DNA of 39,386 bases, taken from Chiloscyllium plagiosum (Eukaryota). Shown here in pieces: positions 25,981-37,337 of the stretch. A program made the translations under genes and the position numbers. The stretch's first letter is position 1, and every line of letters begins with the position of its first letter. The DNA lies in assembly GCF_004010195.1 (NCBI RefSeq), contig NC_057758.1, positions 3,498,750-3,538,135 of the forward strand, given 5' to 3'. Below the pieces are notes generated by a model that was not told the DNA's origin, made no database searches, and worked only from the letters and a program-made list of their open reading frames with translations.

Positions 25981-26489
25981 ACACCTTTTCCGTGCCTCAA
26001 CATGAGCAGAACTGGTGCTCTCCTTGAAGGCCAGGCAAACAAAAAGACAGACCGACAGACAGACAGAGAAAAACACACACTGACAGAGAGAGATAGACCC
26101 AGAACTACGAAAACTAGGACCTAGTGTCATCTCATTGCCGCCTCAATCTGATGGTAATTGATCCTCGACCTCAATGTCATATTCCAACTTACACTCCATA
26201 CCACTTGATGTCTTTTAAATAATACAAAAAGTTTTATTTTCCTTCAAATATTGTGGCCCCAGCAATAATCTCTGTGACATTCCAGTCTCACACATATGTG
26301 TTGTCAGACCCTGGCTTTCAGGCAAGCCCCCTTTTGAATAGGTAGGAAAATTTAAATTAGATATATGTATGTAAGCTGGGGAATAGAGCGAGAAGTTTGT
26401 CAGAAGATCTGTGGAGCAGCTTAGAGGTTTATTTTCTGGGTGTTGTTGTCGATTCCCAATTGCACGCATCCCCACTCTGTTCTACTCCA

Positions 26490-26594
26490 AAAAAAAAACA
26501 ATTTCAGAGTCAAAAACATTTCACGGGCATTTGTTTGGGAAGATTAATGTTGCAAGTGCCCGCCCCTCCAAATCCCGTTCGCTGACACTCGTGG
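26490..26594 (-). pseudogene. Beta-defensin-like exon 2 with in-frame stops
   Basis: cag| one frame: HEC-QRTGFG-G-AGT-C-NINLPKQMPVK-C-F*L*N-CF. Confidence 0.55.
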
Positions 26595-27446
26595 CTGTCA
26601 GGTGAGACATGTCTTTCGCTTAACTATCTGTTGTCGTGAGGTTTTGTGCGAGTGAAATTAGATTTGATTCTTCACAGTGTGGAAACAGACCTTTTTAGCC
26701 CGAGAAGCCTAAACCGACCATCCAAGGGTAATTGTGCCTGTGTCGGTTAAATGAAAGTGAACCAGTGACCTCCCACAGTCCAAAGATATGCAGGTTCATG
26801 TTCAGTTGCACGAACTGTACACGGATGTGCAAACAAGGTGGGTTAGCGATGAGAAATATAACAAGGGTTATGGTACTGGGTTGTGAGCATTAGAGAGTCG
26901 ATGTGGGCTCGATGGGCCGAATGGCGAATTCAATGGGGATGTTAAGAAAAAGCTGGGGAGAATCAGCAAAACAGGTAAAAAGAGGGAGAAACAGACAGAA
27001 AATTTATGGGAAGAAACAGAAGGCAAATACAAAGAGTGAGATATAAAACAGGAGTAAAAAGGGAAGGGAAATGGGGAGAAACAGCGAAACAGACACCGAA
27101 GGAAATAATAAGAGAGGGAGAGAAGCAGGTAATGGAACGAGACTGGTGCAAAACAATGGGAAATAAATAGCTGAGAAAAGAAAAAGTGCAAAATACAAAG
27201 GAAGAAGTAGACCAGGTTAAATAAGGCGTGAGAATCAAGGAGAGGTGAAGGGATGGAGAATCACAAAGGAAGAAACAGAAGTGATAAAGAAAGACCGAAG
27301 GGGAATGTTGGGAACAGAAAAATACCGAAATGAAAAGAGAGCTGGAATGTTGGGGGAAACTTAGGCAAGGAAACCGGCAGTGGGAGATGTGTAGCAAGAG
27401 TGCAGAAATGAAGAGATAGACACAGCTAGGGACAGTAATGGAGGGG

Positions 27447-27801
27447 TCAGTGGCATTGGTTGTGTAGATAATAATACAGCTCCATGATGGCAATGTGTCC
27501 CTCCATTTTGGACCTCTCTATTTCTCCTGTCATAGTGTGCATAAACTAATCTCTGTGAAAAACTGAGAGACGACCAAGATGTGATAATTAATGCAGTGAG
27601 CATTACTCCCATCTTTTAGAAAGCAGTTGTTCAGGGGATGGTTAACTTTTCAGAATAAAGCAGAAACCGATTGATAAAAATGACAGCGAGCATTAGTCGG
27701 AAGTCAGATGACTCTTACAGTCGGAAGACACCCGTTTTTGTGTCACATAATAAAGCAGCAGATGGCATTGAAGGAGCATCTCCTACTACATGCAATCTCA
27801 T
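27447..27801 (-). pseudogene. Beta-defensin-like pseudogene
   Basis: Leader remnant (MRLH.. / MLLQCHLLLYYV..|gtaaga at 27719); tttttcacag| phase 1 at 27552: ISLC-TL*QEK-*-RGPK-W(TGG)-RDTLPSWS-C-II.. then TGC CAC TGA. Confidence 0.5.
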
Positions 27802-28734
27802 TTGCATGACAGTCTTCTTCTCTGCAGATCCCTCCTTTCCACTCACGTTCCAGCTCATTAACTGCGAAAAGTAAATGAGGTCTCAATTAATAAAATGTTC
27901 AATACATTGTGGCATCAAAACAGCATCACACTGAGCATAATGGAGATGAGAACTGTGCACCATACTACGGTGCTCCTAGTATGGTCTAACAGAGGTTTGT
28001 TATTATTGGAACAGTGTACATTACTTCCAGTGTGGTCAAACTTAGAGACATGGAGAATCGAACCATGCACAGTGATGGAAATTAGGTATAACTTCGAGGT
28101 CATTGAGGTAAGTACATTAACAACACTTAAAAGGCATTTGGACAAATACTTGAATCCGAAAATCTTAGAAGGATATGAGCGAAGTGCTGGGAAATCGGAT
28201 TAGCATAAGTGGACATGTTTACCAAAATGGATCAGCTTGAGCCAAAAGTCTGTTTTTAAGCTGTATGACATGTTAGAGGGATTTGCAAGGGAAGTAAGGA
28301 TAGATTAGTGGCGGGCAGTCGTTTTGGCTACTGTATTGAAAATGATAATGCCATTATTTTCATCAAAATGGTTGATGCTCAGCTTGATAGCTTTTCCTCT
28401 GAATATGTTTTCTTTTATTTCCAATTCTGGTATCACAATTTTCTGATTGTATGAAGGCACACATCAATCATGATCATCCTTCATGGCAGTACAGGTGCAA
28501 CAGGCTAATTGGACGCCATCTGTGCTAATCAATATTTCAGAAGATTGAGCACTTCGAGATGTACCAGGAAAAAATAAGCACGACATCTTTCATTGGCAGC
28601 AAAAGCTCCCACCAGATGAAGGCTGCCAGGATCACTAGCAATCTTTTCCCTAGTTTGCACTGAGTTCCTCGGAGGAGCTATCAAATGAGTGGTGCACGCA
28701 CACCCTTTCTATGAGATCTCAAATGATTCTCCAG

Positions 28735-29016
28735 TGAATAGTCCCAGAGGCCCGTGCGGATTGGGTTCAAACCATGGTCATGTGAATGGAACAGTCATGT
28801 GAATTGATTACTCTTCACTGCTTGAAATGCGAAGCAGTCTGCATTACTGTGAAACATTCAGTTGACCATGTGATAAATAATTACAGATACCCACACAATC
28901 TATTATATCTTCCGGATTGGCCAACGCCCATTGATGCAGTTACAGCGTTCTTACTGCTGTCTTCGCCCCGTCAGCAGCAAAGCGAGCACAGCTCTTCCAC
29001 TTGCGAAAATTCTGAT
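28735..29016 (-). pseudogene. Beta-defensin-like pseudogene (two exons, 108-bp intron)
   Basis: ATC(for ATG)-RIFASGRAVLALLLTGRRQ|gtaaga, phase matches tttcacag| at 28846; NADC-x7-S(AGT)-x4-*(TGA)-x12-R(CGC)-x5-Y(TAT)S. Confidence 0.45.
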
Positions 29017-29099
29017 GCGTGTGGCAGCTTTCCGTGTTCAAATTGGTTGCCGTGAGCAGTCGCACTTTGTAAACAGTTTTGCTGCTCAGTGGCGTTGGA

Positions 29100-30120
29100 G
29101 ATAGATAATTCAGTGAAGGCTGTTTTTGGTATTACTGCCTTTATTGGTCATTGCTTTCACTGGAGGAGTTGGAGATCGTGTCGTAGCCGTGCAGCACATT
29201 GATTAGACTACTTTTGGGATATTGTGTGCAATTCTGTTCTCTGTGCTATTGGAAGGATCTTGTGAAATTTGAAAGGTTCAGAAAAGTATTACGAGGATGT
29301 TGTCAGAGTTTAAGGTTTTGAGGCTGAAATAGAGGAAGAGGCTGATTAGGCTGGGGCTATTTTTCCTGCAGAGTCAGGAGCTGAGTGATGAACTTATAGA
29401 GGTTTATAAAATCATGAGGGTCAAGAATAGAGTAAATAGACAAATCATTTTCTCTGGAATAGGGAGTCCAAGGAAAAGGGCGTAGGCTTAGCATGAGAGG
29501 GAAAATATGTAGAAGGGACCAAAGGGGCAACTCTTTCACACATAGATTGTGAATGATTAGAATGAGCTGCCCAAGGAAGTGGTGCAGGTTTATAATCGTG
29601 TAACATTTAAAAGACTTCTGGATGGCTATGTGAATAAGAAATGTTCAGAAGAGTGAGGGACAAACAAAAAGTGAAATTGCTGGAGAACTTTGCAGGTCGG
29701 GCACCATCTGTGAAGTAAAAAAAGAGTTCACATTTCATGTTGCGGTACACAGGCATGACGTCCCTCCGCATTCAATGCACAGTAGCAGCAATGTTTACCA
29801 ACTACAAAACGCACTGCTTAACTTCTCCAAAGATCCGCAGACAGCAATTGCCAAAACAATGACCACTTCTGCCTGGAAGGACAAGGCCTGCAGATATATG
29901 TGAACATTACACCCTGCATGTCCCCACTCCAAGCCACTCACAATCCTGACTTTGAAATATTTTGCTGTTCCTGCATGGTCAAGATCTTGGAATTCCTTTT
30001 GTAACGGCACTATGGAATTTGTCTACAACACTTGAAATATAATATTTCAAAAAGGCACTACGTTCTGAAGTGGCAATTGCGTATGGTGATAAATACCAAA
30101 TCCCTGAGTGAATAAAATAA
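29100..30120 (+). mobile_element. Decayed CR1 3' fragment (29100-29660) and second LINE 3' end (29770-30120)
   Basis: Decayed YCVQF, LGLF and WNELP-coding DNA; similarity to 10340-10720. Confidence 0.8.
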
Positions 30121-30419
30121 AAGAAACATTCAAACGTCTGGAGAAGTTGAATCTATCAGGGAGAAAGAGGGTGAGATGTCACGAGACATTGAAAGATGGG
30201 GAAGCAGAGAGAGACTTAACTCATGAAACCTCATGATAGAGAAAGGGAAATATACTCAAAAAATGGATGCACAGCAAGATCACAAAACGAAAATACGGTC
30301 ATGATGGCACAATCTGTTCCACCGATGCCATTCTGTGTGTAAATATTAGGTGTCCACTGAAAGAAAGACGGAATATCAGAAAAGGATCCGAACGCAATTT
30401 GAATCCAAGGTGAAGACTG

Positions 30420-30530
30420 CCTCGTGTGGTGTGCTTTTGAGAAACATGGTCGTACTCCGATATCCAGACTCTGCAAGTAACATCTGATGGAACAACCTCT
30501 TCCAGTAACACCTTCCTTCATCTAACAGCC
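30420..30530 (-). pseudogene. Beta-defensin-like exon 2
   Basis: GC*MKEGVTGRGC-SIR-C-YLQSLDIGVRP-C-FSKA-HH; ATG-less hydrophobic stretch LRIIVIVLWIPVSP upstream near 30890-30935. Confidence 0.45.
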
Positions 30531-31149
30531 CAACCCAAATCGAGTGTTAGAAGCTGATTTTAAAATGCTTAAATTCAGGGAGATCCGGTTGAACACACAG
30601 AGTTTGGGCTCAGCCACATTGACCAATAGATTTGGATGGAATTTGTGTTTCTGATCTCGATGGGCAATGGACAGAGTTCCTTGCCCTAGGCTTTGGTCAG
30701 TGGGTGACTGATGGCTCTCTTTGGGGACCGACATCTTTCACTGGGCATTGTGAATGGGGTCAGAAAAGCACAAAATGAAACATGCAGACCTGCATGTATC
30801 TTTGGGGACATAGCTTCACAGTTGAGAGTGAACAACATTTGACCTTCTCTCCTGCAGCCTCAATGAAGCCTCTCCCTTTTGGCTTGGATGGAAGGAGAAA
30901 CAGGAATCCAGAGTACTATTACTATTATTCTCAGCGTTTGGAATAGAGACTGGTTCGTCTCCGGGCCCCCAGGACTTTCGCATTGTTCCTGTGGACTGAC
31001 ACACAAGCTGAAAGATAGAACCCTTTCACAGACGGGTGGAATTGTGGGAGGAGAGACTGCCATTGCTCTATTCATTGTACAGGGACCCTCTGTCGGCTGA
31101 ATATATTAGAACATACTTCTACAATCAGTAGAATTTGAAATCGGGCCTT

Positions 31150-31472
31150 CTGTCTCAGTGGTTAACAAAATGGGAAATCGCCAGTGGAACTCAGCAAGCC
31201 TTTCAGCACCTACAAACAGACAACTCCCAGTGTCTGCGTGTGTTTTCTCCGAGTTATCCGGTTTCCTCGCACAGGCCAAAGGTATGCGGGCAAGCATAAT
31301 TGGCCATGCTAAATTGCCTATAGTTTTCAGGAAAGTGTAGTTTAGGTGCGTTGGATAGAGGAAAAGTAGCGTTACAGGGTAGGGGAATGCGTCGAGATCG
31401 GATGGTTATCGGAGGCTCTGATTGAGCCTGTTGGGTCTAATGGCCTGTTTCCACACTGTCAGTATTCTATGA
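31150..31472 (+). mobile_element. HE1-type SINE (diverged)
   Basis: CTCAGTGGTTA head, ATTGGCCATGCTAAATTGCC core, GGCCTGTTTCCACACTGT tail. Confidence 0.85.
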
Positions 31473-31513
31473 AATCAGAGTGAATGTTTCGGAGCTACAT
31501 TCAAAAGCATCTG

Positions 31514-31836
31514 TTAACAACACCACGGACGCTCTGAAAAAACAGTGTGAACCAAGTTAATAATGGACTGCAGAGATTCACCAAATCTCCCTGGCGATCT
31601 GTACACAAAGTCAAGGTAATATGAATTGGCAGAAGTCCGTCAGGAGTGTTCTGAGAGGATTATGCATGAGGAATGCGCTACAACATTATTCAAGATATTG
31701 TGATTGTGTTAAACCCCATAGCGTCACATGAATGCCCGAATTGGAACTTACTGATCGGTCCAGGCTCTGCTCGATTTCGCTCAATGACTGTACCCAACAA
31801 CAGAAATGTGTCCTCTGTGTGAAGGCAACATTGCAT
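31514..31836 (-). pseudogene. Beta-defensin-like pseudogene (two exons)
   Basis: 31836-31752 M..FLLLGTVI..|gtaagt; acceptor at 31650; LC-TDRQGD-L-VNL-C-SPLLTW../HCF/SERPW-CC* with two frameshifts. Confidence 0.55.
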
Positions 31837-31858
31837 CTTCACTTGGACTGAGTGGCCT

Positions 31859-31978
31859 TTATTCCTACCAATGATTATGTGGATAAATGTATTCGAGGAA
31901 GGAAGATTTGAAAGATGGAAGGCAAGGACATTATTTACCTTTCTGTGATTTCCCTCACCAAGACTTTGACACTCAAAC
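31859..31978 (-). pseudogene. Degenerate beta-defensin-like exon 2
   Basis: ttag| FEC-QSLGEGN-H../C-PCLPSFKSSFLE-Y(TAC)-IYPHNH-W*. Confidence 0.35.
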
Positions 31979-32084
31979 CTAAATCAATTTGAATAGGCAT
32001 TGGCGAAGCCAAGGCTCTTAAGGTGAAGGCGATTAAATGCCGAAAGCCAGAATGATTTAGGATTTCTGACTGCTTACCAACAAT

Positions 32085-32351
32085 TTATTCCTGTTGTTTA
32101 ATGTTGTAGAAGACAAGATCGTCAGCTGAAGGAGGGTGGTAGGTGCAAACCAGAATGACGATTCCTTTACCAATTCTTCCAATATGACAGGTTTCCCTCA
32201 GAATCGTGACAAATGGTTGTGGCCAAACGATATAACTCTGTGAGGATGGCGCTGTTGGAATAGTTCTGCTTGATTTTACGACCTCCCCCTCGCCCCCATC
32301 AAATGGCGGAGAAACTACAGCATAGACAACAGGCAATGCAACTAATTTTAT
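32085..32351 (-). pseudogene. Beta-defensin-like pseudogene (two exons, 56-bp intron)
   Basis: ATA(for ATG)-KLVALPVVYAVVSPPFDG-G|gcgagg; cacag| phase 1 at 32237: LYRLATTIC-HDSEGN/+1/C-HIGRI-G(GGT)...ADDLV-FY(TTC TAC). Confidence 0.5.
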
Positions 32352-32468
32352 TTATACAAATCAGAAAGCAGTAAGTCAAGTGTCATTTGATCAACACAAT
32401 GGAACGCAGTTGATCAACAGAAATCAGCTGGTCCCTCACACGGTTCTCACATTAGATGTTTTTTTGCT

Positions 32469-32593
32469 TCACATCCGGTTTGACTTGCAGCAGTAGTTCT
32501 CTGCGAGACAAACGTCACTTTGTCGAATTTCATGCGGAAGACAACGGGATTCCCTACAAATTTCATTTTTGAGTTCACAAGGTGGTATGGGGA
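32469..32593 (-). CDS. Beta-defensin mature-peptide exon, intact six-cysteine motif
   Basis: ttcctttttgtcttacag| phase 1: (V)PIPPCELKNEICRESRCLPHEIRQSDVCLAENYCCKSNRM* = C-x6-C-x4-C-x10-C-x5-CC. Confidence 0.85.
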
Positions 32594-32765
32594 CTGTAAG
32601 ACAAAAAGGAACAATTCAATGAGGACCCCACCAGTAGGATTAACCCACCGTCTGTCATTTTGCCAAGTAGTCAGGTCAGCAGAACTGTATCCATTGCTGC
32701 TGGTGTGGTCCAATCGAAGCAGGCCGACACCAAAACTCTGCACAATCTTCCCAGTGTAGACTTAC

Positions 32766-32816
32766 CAAGGGATGTAAAGAGAATAACAGTGCCCAGTGCG
32801 CTCAGTACTGTCTCAT
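32766..32816 (-). pseudogene. Signal-peptide exon for the 32.5-kb defensin, apparently 1 nt short after ATG
   Basis: ATGAG-ACA GTA CTG... = TVLSALGTVILFTSL-G|gtaagt (phase 1, 172-bp intron); the ATG is out of frame by one base. Confidence 0.65.
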
Positions 32817-33596
32817 TAAGGGAGGTAAAGACTAAAAGTGTCGATATACTCCAAGTGTGGTCACAGAGAAAGGTGTGATCTGACCTACAAATGTCATCGA
32901 ACTGAGATATGTGGAGACCACAACTATGTACAGTGTGGTCTTACAAACGGAGTTGAAAATATCTCTATATACAGCGAAAAGGTGAAGCTTAACTAAAGGA
33001 TATGGGGACAAGAAAGTTGTACAGAGCTCCCTGGGGGATTAAGGAAGGTATACAGAGACCAGAAATGTGCACAGTTTTCCTACTGTGACTTAGTCGAGCC
33101 ACATGCAGTCCAGCGCTATGCATAGTTCTCTCAGTGTTGTATAACCGAGGGATAAGGAAAGTAGGACGCTTCACAGATTTCTCATGTCGTCATACCAAAG
33201 AGGATCGAAGCCATCCCTCAGCACAATGTTTCAAGTAGTGTCCTATCGAGAGACATGTGGACCAGAAGTAAGCATAATGCTTCCCGTGTGACTTTATCAA
33301 TGGATATGTATACCAACTCTGTGCACAATGTTTTCTTTCATACAGAAAGTTAAAAAAAAAACAGAAGGATATATGCAAGCAGTTTACCAGACACTTTTGT
33401 ATCGTGCTTCATTTTAAGTACTGTTTTAGAGAAAAAAAACTGTGTTCCTACGGAGTGTATTCCACAGCTCGGGGCTCAGACAGTTGAATACAATCCAAAC
33501 AATGACTGACTGTCTGATCTCTAAATTTATCATAATTAGAATAGTATGGGGATCCTGAATTGTTGTCGCGACTGAAGGATATTGCAGAGATCGGGA

Positions 33597-33958
33597 GTGG
33601 CAGGTCTAAAAGAGATTTGAAAACATGTTGAAACCAGGCTGCTTAGAACAGTTCTTCGTGCATAGTTTTGAGGGTAGATAATTAGCAAATTGAATTGAAC
33701 AGTTCTTCGAAAATTCTCCAAAATGAGATGTTAACTTTTCATTCAGAACTGGCAGGAATGGGATTCTAGCTGCTTGAAAGAAAGCAAAATAAATGTCAAA
33801 ATTCAATTGCAAAACAGCACACGATTGAGGAGCTGATGGTGATGAAATCCGTTTTGAAATAATTGTACTTACAAACAAAAAAAAACTCTAGATTCTCCAT
33901 CCACAGTAATGAGCTCGAAAAACACCAAGACGATGAGCAGGAAAACCAGTGATTTCAT
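33597..33958 (-). pseudogene. Defensin-like gene: intact signal exon plus decayed exon 2
   Basis: 33958: MKSLVFLLIVLVFFELITVDG..|gtaagt at 33872; acceptor at 33772; KNC-SIQFAN-Y(TAT)-LPSKL-C-TKNC...* ACC TGC CAC. Confidence 0.55.
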
Positions 33959-34102
33959 CTTTCCCTGTTGAGTCTGTCCGCTGCACGATGCGATGACCGG
34001 AAGAAGGAGACAATTCATAGCAAATGAGAAACTATTCTGTACTTAATAATCACAGATCAACGTTGAGGATTGGATCCACGTTGTGCTCATTATAATGACA
34101 TT

Positions 34103-34267
34103 TCAATAACTAAGACAAAATGTAACTAGAATCCGAACCCTATCTCGAACATTTGGTTTACTATGCACTGGTCCTTGAAGATAACAGTTCAGGTATATAA
34201 GATGGATTTTAGAAGATAATTGGATATTTGATTTTAGAAGGCATATTGGGTAACTTGACGTTATTAC
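34103..34267 (-). pseudogene. Degenerate beta-defensin-like exon 2
   Basis: ttgcag| YPIC-LLKSNI... (cf. PPCELKNEI) and NC-YLQGPVHSKP/C (cf. CYLQ at 30470). Confidence 0.4.
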
Positions 34268-34339
34268 CTGCAACATGCAGTACATAAAGTAGACGGAATC
34301 ATGGACAGTTACGAAGATGATCATAAATTGAAGAAGGAC

Positions 34340-35178
34340 CTTAATCAGGCTGAGAATTACCAAATAGTGTTTAGTATGGATAAGAGTGAGGCCTTGCATT
34401 TTGTAAACTCAAATCAAGATTTGATTTTCATTGTGAAAGTTAAGGCATTAAGGAGTTAACTGGAACGGAGTGACCTTGGTTTTCAGGAGCGCAGTTCCCT
34501 GAAAGTGGAGTCACAGGTAGACAGAGCAGTGAAAAAAATCTTTTGACACACTGGCCTTCATCCGACAGGACGTTGAGTACTGAAATTGAGAAGCTACTTT
34601 GCAGTCGCACAGGACGTTGGCGAGGTCGTATCTTGGAGTACTGTGCTCAGTTGTGCTCAGCGTGCTATAGAAAATTTGTTATTAAACTGGGAAGAGTTCA
34701 GAATGTATTTACATGCATGTTGCGAAGACTCAACTTTCAAAGTTATAGGGAGAGGTTAGACAAGCTAGAACATTTTATTTATAGCATAGGAGACTGAGGG
34801 GGATCTCACCGGATTGGATTAGATCATGAGAGACAAGGACAGTTTTTCCCGGTGGTGGGGAGTCAAGGACAAGAGGGCATCAGTTAAAGGTTAGATGGGA
34901 ATGAATAAAAGGGAACACGAAGATCATTTTTTTTATGCAGAGGCTGGTCGGCATATGGAATTATCAGCTAGCGGAATTGGTTCAGGCGAGTACACTAGCA
35001 ACATACAAAATGCGTTTGGACAAATACATTGGATTGGAAAGGTTTAGAAGGATAAACCAAGAAGGGCCAAGTGCAGGGATATGGGGTTAGTATGCGTGAC
35101 CTTTTAGTTGGTTTTAATCAGCTTGGGTGAAAGGGCCTGTCTCCGTGCTGCCGGACTATATGAATCTATGACTATGAT
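34340..35178 (+). mobile_element. Decayed 5'-truncated CR1 LINE
   Basis: LEYCAQLCS, SYRERLDKL motifs; CTATGA tail. Confidence 0.9.
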
Positions 35179-35568
35179 TAATTTTGATGAAAACACTGCC
35201 CTTATTTTAAAGTTGGTTTCGTGCTTCCTAGGTATGATGAAGAAATTTGGGAGATGAATCTGGATCTCCTGAAACAAAGAGAGAACACTTCCATTGCACC
35301 ACTTGAGCCCTCAGTAACTCGACTTTTATTGTGGAGAATCAGTCTGTGAGAATCAACTGCAGACTAAACTCAGAACACGAATAGAAAAGCAGCCCAAACG
35401 CCTAGTGGATGGCACAATTGACAGAAATACTTACATTTCAGTGATGTGACAGGAAGCAGTCTCTGACCATTTTGAACAGTTCATCTGTCTGTTAAATATT
35501 CGCCACCAACACGGACTTCACTGTCTACAAGGCTCCATTCAGTCTGAGAGTTTAACAAAGTTTGCATT

Positions 35569-35682
35569 GTCACACAGTAAAGACTAGAAATGGTCCAGCT
35601 TGTAAGCTCTCTTTGTAAGCTTGTGTGTTCAATGTTCAGACTGTACTCTGCTGCAATTAAATGCGATCCCAGTGTTGTGAAA
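35569..35682 (-). pseudogene. Possible degenerate beta-defensin-like exon 2
   Basis: ccttttcag| AFNC-SRVQSEH-*(TGA)...F(TTC)-*SLL-CD; weak. Confidence 0.3.
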
Positions 35683-36059
35683 CTGAAAAGGTAACTTGTG
35701 GATTGTAAGGCAGGAAGTTAGAATTTTGTTGTTTGCACAATGCTGGCATGAAAGCATTGCATGCCCGCTTGTGTAGATGATGTCCATTTTCTGTTCTTCG
35801 AGATTTAAAATGGATGACGGTGAGCAGTAGCTTGAAAGTTTGCAAGTACACAGAAAGCACCCGAACTGAAATGTGTATCAAAAGGCCGTAAGTCATTAGG
35901 ACAATCAGCAAGTTTTTTTTAACCAAGGTAACCGGCTTTTGAATTGAGGAAATCAATTTGAACCAGGTGCTTAGTTTCCTTAAATTTAAGCCTGATGGTT
36001 CTGACAACACAGGACCAATCCGATATTAAAACGTACTGATATCTCACCAATTGTATAAA

Positions 36060-36271
36060 AAGAAGGTGGCAGTTGAACAAAGGCCTCAGAGTTGGCTGCC
36101 ATCTTCCAAAACTAACGGTCATCAGCTCCCGACAGAAAATGTCTAGCTCTCACAGGTTCTCTACGACTGAGGGGAAACACTATTGAAATAGCAACGGTAA
36201 CTTCGACACAACTAGAGAATAATGCTGATGTAGAATCAACACAGAAGGCAAAACAGCACCGCGGAAGACAT
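36060..36271 (-). pseudogene. Beta-defensin-like pseudogene
   Basis: MSSAVLFCLLC*FYISII leader remnant; tttcccctcag| phase 1 at 36166: VENL*(TGA)-ELDIF-C-REL (cf. C-ELKNEI-C-RES)...FN-CH. Confidence 0.55.
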
Positions 36272-36510
36272 GTAACTTGGTTATAATTTGGTAGACAAAA
36301 TTCTAGCTTTTCTTAAAGAGGTGGGACCTGTATCTATTGGAACAGCACGCCAAACAAATCTTGTCAGGTTTCTTTATGAATCTTTTATTAGGTATTATTT
36401 AGTAAATAGAAGGGGGTTATTCAGTTTGTTAATACTTCAGTTAGTTTGTTCAATGTTAGAGTTAGATAAATGAATTGTCACTGGGTGCTTTATAAATTAG
36501 TGTCAAGGAT

Positions 36511-36650
36511 TTATTTTGCTTTACCATAAGAATTTGATGAAAAGCAGTTAACACTACTTCTCACGCTGTGTACATTGCAGTACTGTAGACATTGCATCAC
36601 ATAGATAATACAGAGTCTGCACAATTCTGAGAGTCCAGGTATCAGTTGTC
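36511..36650 (-). CDS. Beta-defensin-like exon 2 with open frame, terminal CC replaced by YG (likely pseudogene)
   Basis: tag| phase 1: ...ELCRLC-IIYVMQ-C-LQY-C-NVHSVRSSVN-C-FSSNS-YG(TAT GGT)-KAK*; no leader found. Confidence 0.65.
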
Positions 36651-36947
36651 CTACATAGTAGACATTATATTGCTGTCGATGGCATGCAAGTGCAGACTGC
36701 TGAGTGTTCAAATATCAGTTCATATGGTGGTGCAATGTTATAGAGTATTCCTATTTCCACATATTTCCTGTCATTGTCCCTGGTTTACGGTAAAATGGAG
36801 TTGGATTTGGGCTTCTGAGCACGGGGTCGTCTGCTCAATCGCTTTTATTTTCGTTTCTTTACTTTTCTCTTCTCCCGTTGTCATTTTATAATCTTCTATT
36901 TCCTTTTATTTGACTTTCAGTGAAGAGCTCTGTGGCAATAAGTGGGC

Positions 36948-37069
36948 TCAGCAGCGCGGACAGGTGACCGTGGCTTCTTCATTGTCGAAACAGTCTGAAC
37001 GCAGATTCCTTGAGGCAGTGGTCGAGGTGTGTTTGAGCCTCGTACGACACCTGGCGGCCTCAGCCAGGG
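36948..37069 (-). pseudogene. Degenerate beta-defensin-like exon 2
   Basis: atgtag| phase 1: LAEAARC-RTRLKH...SDC-FDNEEATVTCPRC*. Confidence 0.35.
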
Positions 37070-37337
37070 CTACATGACCGACGGATGTCCGAAATCGTCT
37101 CGGAGAAGCACCTCGGACAAGAGCAGGAGGAGGGTATTCGGCCTTTTGAGCCTGCTGCATAATTAATCATGACCATGTCTGATTGCCCAACTCAACAACC
37201 TCATCCTGATTTCTCCCCAAAATCAACAGATTTGTAAAGCATAATTTCTCCTTCACAAATCCATGTTGAACCTGTCTGATCCAGCCAGTGCTTTCTAAAT
37301 GCTCATGGTGACGGCAGGTTGCCAGATTCTGCACCAG

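Noticed and set aside
26639..26679. GGTTTTGT...CACAGTG RSS-like pair
   Set aside because: Spacer is 25 bp and the heptamer is part of a SINE tail
27800..27807. Octamer ATTTGCAT
   Set aside because: A single 8-mer is expected by chance; it overlaps a candidate start codon and no Ig gene follows
28570..28660. Minus-strand KRLLVILAAFIWWELLLP leader-like stretch overlapping GSFCCQ* in another frame
   Set aside because: Ambiguous between leader and exon-2 remnant; no start codon or donor, so not called
28786..29055. Plus-strand ORF with Ig C1-like Cys spacing (ITLHCL...SSTC)
   Set aside because: Lacks the core Trp and FYP motif; the minus strand has a better spliced defensin-like structure
33440..33958. 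Leader-intron-exon layout first read as an Ig/TCR V pseudogene
   Set aside because: No conserved Trp, YYC or RSS; Cys spacing and neighbours fit a defensin better
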